Made by a program: the position numbers and the translations under genes. This document shows, piece by piece, positions 57,999-64,000 of a stretch of 64,000 nucleotides of DNA. The notes under the pieces were generated by a model. That model saw only the letters and a list, made by a program, of their open reading frames with translations. It ran no database searches and was not told where the DNA came from. Each line of letters begins with the position of its first letter. Position 1 is the stretch's first letter. Location: the NCBI GenBank assembly GCA_963674695.2, contig CAXXGI010000001.1, positions 608,001 to 672,000 on the forward strand, written 5' to 3'. The stretch is from a bacterium (lineage in GTDB: Bacteria > UBA10199 > 2-02-FULL-44-16 > JAAZCA01).

Positions 57999-58757
57999 AT
58001 GCGTCGACCCATCTCGCTCCTCGTCGCTTCCTTTTTTTTCGCCTCGATCTTCCTCTGTTTTTTCAACGGCGGCTACGGCAGCCGCGGCCCTTCGCGCCAA
58101 AAGTTCAGACGCCTGGGCGAGAGCACGGAGGAGATCACCGAGATCGAGCAGGTAAAACGAACCGATCATCTCGCCGACATTCGCACCGACAAACGCCTGA
58201 TCGCGTGGGAGGCCTGGTGGAAGCGCTGTGAACCACGATTTTCCCTGGCCACCCTGGAAGAGATCGTTCGCGTCACCTTGGACGACGAGATGCTGCCGCC
58301 CCTGCCGGAAGGCGAATCCCGAAAAGGCGTGGGCAAAATCTTCTATCAGCGCGCGCCGGGCGGAAAACACTATCTCAACCCCTACTGGGGTCGCCTGCGC
58401 TACACCAAGGTTCCCGATGGCTGGCAGCCGCGCATCGAGGTCTCCTGCGGCGCACTTCTGGAGACACCCGCGAAAAAAACACGCCAGGTGATCCTGCGCT
58501 GCACGGCCACCGATGGCATCGACGGCGCCTTCTGGATCGACAAAAATCGCGCCGCAATCATGGGATATGAAACGGTGAGTCTACCGGGCGATGAGGAGTG
58601 CGGAGAAGAAGAGGGCTGCATCGCCCCCACCGTCTGGGTCGCCGACATCTCCACCGGATTTCTCACGCAGTATCGCGGACTCGCCTTCGACCGCACAAAG
58701 TGCCGCCTCAGCGATTACCTGAAAAAATCCCTGCCGAAGTTTTTTGGGGAAAAATAA
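57999..58757 (+). CDS. hypothetical exported protein
   Basis: N-terminal hydrophobic segment; AGGAGGT RBS. Confidence 0.7.
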   Translation: MRRPISLLVASFFFASIFLCFFNGGYGSRGPSRQKFRRLGESTEEITEIEQVKRTDHLADIRTDKRLIAWEAWWKRCEPRFSLATLEEIVRVTLDDEMLPPLPEGESRKGVGKIFYQRAPGGKHYLNPYWGRLRYTKVPDGWQPRIEVSCGALLETPAKKTRQVILRCTATDGIDGAFWIDKNRAAIMGYETVSLPGDEECGEEEGCIAPTVWVADISTGFLTQYRGLAFDRTKCRLSDYLKKSLPKFFGEK

Positions 58758-58796
58758 CGACCGGAAACCATTGCCACGGCCGTTGCGCCGCGAGGC

Positions 58797-58847
58797 GATC
58801 ATCGGAACCATTTTTACAGGATCATCGGAAAAATGGTTCCGATGATC
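58797..58847. terminator. 19-bp perfect inverted repeat between convergent genes
   Basis: GATCATCGGAACCATTTTT-N13-AAAAATGGTTCCGATGATC. Confidence 0.55.
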
Positions 58848-58875
58848 CCCGGGAGGCGCCATGGCCGTTGCTGGT

Positions 58876-59133
58876 TTACTTTCCACAACGTGATTTGAGG
58901 TATCCTTCGATGATCTCGCGACCCTTGGGCGTGTCGATCAGGTCGGTAAAACCTTGCAGGCGGAGATCGCACATCAGCGCGTTCCATTCCCCTTCGTTCC
59001 AGCCCTCGCGTCCATTCACCCAGCGGTCGAGCTCGCGCTTGAGCGCCTCGTTGTCGGAGGCGGCCACGCGAATCGGCGCTCCGCGTTTGACGCGCCGCCG
59101 CGCCATGATGCTTGTCGGTCGATCCGCACTCAT
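58876..59133 (-). CDS. small hypothetical protein coupled to ParA
   Basis: ATGA overlap with the parA stop; GGAGGG RBS. Confidence 0.7.
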   Translation of the reverse strand: MSADRPTSIMARRRVKRGAPIRVAASDNEALKRELDRWVNGREGWNEGEWNALMCDLRLQGFTDLIDTPKGREIIEGYLKSRCGK

Positions 59134-59954
59134 CCGATGCTCCCTCCATCCGGGTTGGTCGCCAACGCGAGATTCTTGAGCTGATCGATGCCCCCCACGA
59201 TGCGGGTGAGCATCTCCTCGGTGAGCGCCTTGTAATCAGCTGCGCCGTTCGAGTTGCACGCATAGCTGAAGATCGGTTCGCCGTGGCTGGCCGACTCCTT
59301 GAGCCGCACGTTCTGCCGGATGACCGTATCGAGCATCATCTCATCGAAGTACCCGCGCATGTCCTCGAGGACCTCGCGCGAGAAGGTCGTGCGGCCATCA
59401 TACATCGTGGCCACGGCAAAGACGCGCAGTGCGTGCTGCATGCGGACCTCCTGCACGATTTCCAACATGCGACTCACGCCGTGCAATGCCAGAAAGCTCG
59501 TCTCGATAGTGAGCAGCACCGCGTTGGCCGCCATGAGCGCATTGCGCGTGAGCACGCCGAGGGTGGGAGGACAGTCGATGACGGCAAAATCGTATGCGTT
59601 GCTGCACTGCTCGAGCGTCGCCTGCAACCGCCCGTATCGATTGGGCTGAACGGAGAGGCGGGCTTCATCTTCGTGCGAAATGCCCTCGCCCGGAAGGAGC
59701 GAGAGGTTCGTGAAGATCGGAACGAGCAGGTCCTTGACCGAGCCCGACGGCGTACGCGTCTCGAGCATCGTGTCGAGAACGGAACCGACCGCGTTGCGGT
59801 CTTCGATCCGCAGGAAGGTAGAAGCCTGCGCCTGCGGATCCAGGTCGATGAGCAACACCCGGAACCCCTTCATCGTCAGCCCTGCCGAGAAGTTCACCGC
59901 CGTCGTCGTCTTGCCCGACCCGCCCTTCTGATTGGCTACGGCTATCGTGTACAT
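59130..59954 (-). CDS. ParA/Soj family ATPase
   Basis: NQKGGSGKTT, DLDPQA, IDCPP. Confidence 0.93.
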   Translation of the reverse strand: MYTIAVANQKGGSGKTTTAVNFSAGLTMKGFRVLLIDLDPQAQASTFLRIEDRNAVGSVLDTMLETRTPSGSVKDLLVPIFTNLSLLPGEGISHEDEARLSVQPNRYGRLQATLEQCSNAYDFAVIDCPPTLGVLTRNALMAANAVLLTIETSFLALHGVSRMLEIVQEVRMQHALRVFAVATMYDGRTTFSREVLEDMRGYFDEMMLDTVIRQNVRLKESASHGEPIFSYACNSNGAADYKALTEEMLTRIVGGIDQLKNLALATNPDGGSIG

Positions 59955-59976
59955 GGGTTCCTCCTTCTGCGGTTCC

Positions 59977-60648
59977 TCAATCGAACGCGCTGGCGTGGGC
60001 GATCTCCGTCACATCGTCCTCGTCCACAAACCCCTCGGGGGTTGGACGAAAGAAATCAGCGATCTCCTCTTCGGTCAACACCGAACGCATGACCCGCTGA
60101 GGTGCCGCCATTTCGGGCATGAGCGCGCCCTCCCCCTTCGGCGCACCCCCATCGCCCAGCCGATCGACGACCAGCCAGGGTTCTCCCTGCAGCTCGACCG
60201 CCGTATAGGTAAAGACCGCGATCCCCGGCGTACGCACGCGCATGAGGATGGCGCGGGCCTCGGCCGTGACCGTCTCCGTGACATGCCAGATCTGGGGGCT
60301 GAGCTCGGGTTTGTCGTGCCGATAGAGATGCGCGAGCAGGCGAAGATTTGCACACGCCCAATCCTGCTGCAGAAAGGAGTGACTCATCCCCTGCGCATCG
60401 AGTCGTTTATGAACGGCGATGAAGTGGAGCTGGCCGGCAGCATCGATGGCGACCGCATCGACTTCGCCCGCATCGCCGATGGGCAGCCGCTCATCCAGGA
60501 TGCGCAGCCCTCCCCCGAGGGATTCGATCTGCTCGGCGATGACCGCGCGAACCTCATCGATGGTCGGAGCGATGGAAACGTGAGACGCACAGAGATGCCA
60601 AGCGTGTCTCTGCTGGAGATTCATGCGCTGGGGATGAACGAGCCGCAT
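59977..60648 (-). CDS. hypothetical protein, degenerate NucS/PD-(D/E)XK-like fold with acidic tail
   Basis: IESLGGGLRILD...GEVDAVAIDAAGQLHFI; tail LTEEEIADFF. Confidence 0.6.
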   Translation of the reverse strand: MRLVHPQRMNLQQRHAWHLCASHVSIAPTIDEVRAVIAEQIESLGGGLRILDERLPIGDAGEVDAVAIDAAGQLHFIAVHKRLDAQGMSHSFLQQDWACANLRLLAHLYRHDKPELSPQIWHVTETVTAEARAILMRVRTPGIAVFTYTAVELQGEPWLVVDRLGDGGAPKGEGALMPEMAAPQRVMRSVLTEEEIADFFRPTPEGFVDEDDVTEIAHASAFD

Positions 60649-60660
60649 GCTCTGGTCCTA

Positions 60661-61635
60661 TCAATGAAAGACCGCACGTGAAAGCTGTGCGAAGTACGAC
60701 CGATCGCGCACGACGGACGGATCGTTTCGCGCCGCCGCTTCGCGCTGTCGCCGCAGCCACCGTTGATGCGACGCCGAAATGCGCCCCGCCATCGTCTGAA
60801 AACAGCGCGTCACAAAGCTGCGCGGATGCAAGAGCACCACCGGCTGCTGACATGCAACCGAGCGCTGAATATACCAATTCATCGGCAACCAGCTAAAGAG
60901 CGAGACCGCAATACCCTGCAGGTGTTTGGCCACGGCAGCTTCGATCTTGTCGAAGGCCGCATAGGCATCCTTCTCATCCCGCGCGCGATTGATGATGACG
61001 CGCACTTCTTTCACCACGCCGTGCTGGGCCAGCGTCTTGATCGTGGCATAGGCGTCCAGGAGAGCCGTGGCATCGGGAGTGGTGACGAGCAGGAGCTTGT
61101 GCGACGCATTCATGAAGCGCATGACCTGCGGGCTGATGCCGGCGGCCAGATCGACGAGCAGGATCGAACCCTCCTCCTCGAATCCCTGCATCTCGGAGGC
61201 GAGATAGCGAAACTGCCCGTCATTTAAGTCGGAGAGCTCGGAGAAACCGGAGCCACCGGCGATGAGGCGCACGCCCGCCGGACAGTCGACGACGATGTCG
61301 CGCAGGCGCATCTCGCCGGAGAGCACGGAGCTGATGTCATGTTTTGGATGCACGCCCATGAGGATGTGGGCATTGGCCAACCCCAAGTCCGCATCGAGGA
61401 GAAAGACGTTTGTCCCCTCCTGTGCGAGCGCCACGGCGAGGTTGGAGGTGACCACACTCTTGCCCGTGCCGCCCTTTCCGCTGGCGACACAAATGACCTG
61501 ACAGGTTGCGGCGGGAAGCGCATCGGAGTCGGGCTGCGCGCTCACGGCGGTGGCATTTTTCTCGGTGCGCAGATCCTGCGCCTGAACGCGCGTCATCTCC
61601 GAAAGCGTCCGTCCCAGCGTCTTGCGATCGATCAT
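60661..61635 (-). CDS. FlhG/FleN-like MinD family ATPase
   Basis: SGKGGTGKS, DADLGLAN, DLAAGI, TTPD.TA..DAYA.IK; C-terminal amphipathic helix. Confidence 0.88.
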   Translation of the reverse strand: MIDRKTLGRTLSEMTRVQAQDLRTEKNATAVSAQPDSDALPAATCQVICVASGKGGTGKSVVTSNLAVALAQEGTNVFLLDADLGLANAHILMGVHPKHDISSVLSGEMRLRDIVVDCPAGVRLIAGGSGFSELSDLNDGQFRYLASEMQGFEEEGSILLVDLAAGISPQVMRFMNASHKLLLVTTPDATALLDAYATIKTLAQHGVVKEVRVIINRARDEKDAYAAFDKIEAAVAKHLQGIAVSLFSWLPMNWYIQRSVACQQPVVLLHPRSFVTRCFQTMAGRISASHQRWLRRQREAAARNDPSVVRDRSYFAQLSRAVFH

Positions 61636-61735
61636 TCCGCACCCCCGTCCGGATGGAGGATGAAGCGTTTCCCCCAATAATTTCAATGTCCTTAGCACGC
61701 GCGGACCTGAAAAACAAGATCTTATCCGTCGCTTA

Positions 61736-63043
61736 TCAGATCAGATGCATGTCCTCGGCCTGGCGCAGGAGATCGTCGCGGTACTTCGGATGCGCGATGC
61801 TGATGATGTCGAGGGCGCGCTCGCGCGTCGACTTTCCCTTTAGGTTGATCACGCCGTATTCGGTGGCGACAATGTGCGTGTCCATGCGCGGCGAGGTGAC
61901 GATGGTCCCCTCGGAAAAACGCGGCACCACGCGCGTGATCTCATCCCCCTTGGCGGTGGAATAGAAGACGTGGATCGACTTGCCCCCCTTGGACTTGAAC
62001 GCCCCACGAACATAATCGAGCTGGCCGCCGGTGCCGCTGTACTGCGCGCCCGCGAGGTACTCGGCGTTGCACTGACCGAGCAGATCGATTTCAAGGATTG
62101 CGTTGACCGCGATCATATTGTCGTTGCGCGCAATAATGTCGGGATCGACCGCGTAGGACGACGGATAGCTCTCCATCGACGGGTTGTCGTTGAGAAAGTC
62201 GTAGAGGCGCTTCGTCCCCTGCGCGACCGAGAAGACGTGTTTGCGCGGGTGGAGATTCTTGAGGCGCCCCGTGACGACTCCACGCTCGATGAGCTCGACC
62301 ATCCCCTCGACGAAGAGCTCGGAATGAATGCCTAAGTCCTTATGGTTCGTCAGATACCGCGCGATCGTATCGGGCAACGCGCCGATGCCGAGCTGAATGG
62401 TCGCGCCGTCGGGAATGAGCTCGGCCACGGACTTGCCGATCTCATCCGCACCCGCCTTGGGCGCAGGCGTGGGAACCTCCACGAGCGGCACGTGGTTCTC
62501 CACCACCGCGTCGACCTCGGAGATGTGCACGAGCGAATCGCCGAAGACGCGCGGCATGTTCTCGTTCACCTCGACGATGAGGCGCTTGCAATGACGCGCC
62601 GCGGTCGAGGTGAAGTCGTTCGAGGTGCCGAAGCTGAAGTAGCCCGCCCGGTCCATGGGCGAGACGGTCGTGACGGTGGTGTCGATCTCCATGAAGTCGC
62701 TGCAGAAACGCGGCACCTGATGAAAGTAGTTGGGGACGAAATAATTGAGCCCCACCTTCACGAGACTGCGATCCTGGGGACCGACAAACCAGGAATAGGC
62801 CTGGATGCAGTCGGACAGATCCGGCGAGAGAACCGTTTCGCGCGCGTGCTTCTGCGGCAGATAGGTATAGACCTTGAGCGATGTAAACCCGTCGGCGCGC
62901 GCGCGATCGGCGATGGCGGTGAGCAGCGCTGGCGGCTCGGCTACACCAAAGCCGTAGACCACGGTGCCCCCGTCGGCGATGCGTTCGACAGCCTTGGGCG
63001 GCGTCATGAGTTTTTTTGCATACGCCTCGGTATACATAGACAT
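61736..63043 (-). CDS. acetyl-CoA hydrolase/CoA-transferase (4-hydroxybutyrate CoA-transferase-like)
   Basis: VEVNENMPR, TIQLGIG, LGIHSE, SGTGGQLDY, ATEYG. Confidence 0.94.
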   Translation of the reverse strand: MSMYTEAYAKKLMTPPKAVERIADGGTVVYGFGVAEPPALLTAIADRARADGFTSLKVYTYLPQKHARETVLSPDLSDCIQAYSWFVGPQDRSLVKVGLNYFVPNYFHQVPRFCSDFMEIDTTVTTVSPMDRAGYFSFGTSNDFTSTAARHCKRLIVEVNENMPRVFGDSLVHISEVDAVVENHVPLVEVPTPAPKAGADEIGKSVAELIPDGATIQLGIGALPDTIARYLTNHKDLGIHSELFVEGMVELIERGVVTGRLKNLHPRKHVFSVAQGTKRLYDFLNDNPSMESYPSSYAVDPDIIARNDNMIAVNAILEIDLLGQCNAEYLAGAQYSGTGGQLDYVRGAFKSKGGKSIHVFYSTAKGDEITRVVPRFSEGTIVTSPRMDTHIVATEYGVINLKGKSTRERALDIISIAHPKYRDDLLRQAEDMHLI

Positions 63044-63061
63044 GGGTTTCTCCTCGAATGA

Positions 63062-63394
63062 TCAGTCGGAAAGGGCGGTCATCGCCTCTTCCTTCGAGTC
63101 GAAGCGCTCGAAGAGGGGCAGAAATCCCGCGGAGTCGAAGACATCATGGACGTAGGGCTTGAACCCACAGAGGACGAGCCTCCCGCCGCGACGCTTCATC
63201 TCCTTGGCGGTCGCGAGCAAGACGCGCAGACCCGAGCTCGAGATATAGTCGCACGCTGAAAAATCACAGAGGATCGTTCCTCCGTCCCCTTCCATCGCCT
63301 GTGCCAGTGCTGCCTCCGCCTCCTTCGATGTCACCATATCCAGTCGCGCAGGAATAATCGCCACCTGCATCTTGCCCTCGCTTTGAATCTCCAT
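63062..63394 (-). CDS. STAS-domain anti-anti-sigma factor
   Basis: DFSACDYISSSGLRVLL; GGAGG RBS. Confidence 0.92.
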   Translation of the reverse strand: MEIQSEGKMQVAIIPARLDMVTSKEAEAALAQAMEGDGGTILCDFSACDYISSSGLRVLLATAKEMKRRGGRLVLCGFKPYVHDVFDSAGFLPLFERFDSKEEAMTALSD

Positions 63395-63458
63395 GTTCAT
63401 CCTCCCTTTTGAATGATAGCCGTCTCCATACAATCTATGAATGGTTTGTTCTCGTCTG

Positions 63459-64000
63459 TCATCCCACCACTTTGCGCATGGTAAGCACGTTTTTCCCTCC
63501 GTCGCGCCGATACTCCAGCACATCCATCAGACGCCGGACGAAAAAGATGCCCAACCCTCCGATCTTGCGCTCCTCGAGGGACGCGTCCACATCCGGCTCG
63601 GGCGCCTCAAGGGGATTGAAGGCCATGGCGTCGTCGATCACGGTGATGGAAAGCTCATGATCGCGCAGGGCAAAGCGCACCCGGATTTGATGCGCGCCGG
63701 TGTCCTCGTATCCATACCGGATGACGTTCGAGACGATCTCCTCGAGCGACAGATTCACATCGTGGATCATCCGCTCCGAGAAGGCATGCGTCGCACCAAA
63801 AGCCTGCACCGCATCGGCCAGACGCTGCAGCTCTTCATCCTCATTGGAGAGAACGATCTCATCGCCCACCATCTCCGTCTGCGGTCCTCGTCCCTCGGCA
63901 CCGAAGGACCGCAACGCCAGCATCGCGATGTCGTCGAACTGTTTGGTGTTACGAGCGAAAAGATGAATCTTTTTCAACGTGCGCAATACCAGCTCCGGCA
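63459..64000 (-). CDS. partial SpoIIE/PP2C phosphatase fused to an RsbW-like HATPase (5' end outside window)
   Basis: QFDDIAML, then LEEIVSNVIRYGY, DDAMAFNP, GGLGIFFV. Confidence 0.88.
   Translation of the reverse strand, partial: PELVLRTLKKIHLFARNTKQFDDIAMLALRSFGAEGRGPQTEMVGDEIVLSNEDEELQRLADAVQAFGATHAFSERMIHDVNLSLEEIVSNVIRYGYEDTGAHQIRVRFALRDHELSITVIDDAMAFNPLEAPEPDVDASLEERKIGGLGIFFVRRLMDVLEYRRDGGKNVLTMRKVVG

Overview
High-GC bacterial chromosomal window. Deltaproteobacteria-like affinity is inferred from the myxococcal Cys repeat, MYXO-CTERM-like sorting tails, sigma54 promoters and anaerobe-type genes. I found no rRNA, tRNA, CRISPR array or transposase. Recognisable content: trxA, an ECF sigma, an orange-protein-type cluster (DUF134/DUF5320/NifB-NifX/MinD-like Fe-S ATPases/NifU/radical SAM), dusB, maf, a tusA-dsrE-dsrE-histidine kinase operon, a trehalose region (beta-PGM, GH65, CBS, GT4, otsBA), an aminotransferase plus atypical transketolase, an ArsP/E/F/G-like cluster, peptidases, a FlhG-like/ParA operon and a partner-switching module. 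The most unusual signal is a two-gene convergent module present twice (2.7-6.4 kb and 12.7-15.8 kb). One gene has a sigma28-type promoter and encodes a protein with a buried internal lipobox. It faces a Cys-rich secreted-protein gene with a sigma54-type promoter and a FleQ-like box. The module belongs to two wider putative regulons of mostly orphan genes: six sigma28-type promoters and three sigma54 promoters, each with an upstream box. Also present are a duplicated ~180-bp leader element, a 21-repeat Ca-binding-like giant surface protein, an orphan JAB-motif protein and a REP-like hairpin family. All family calls come from motif recognition by eye, not database searches.
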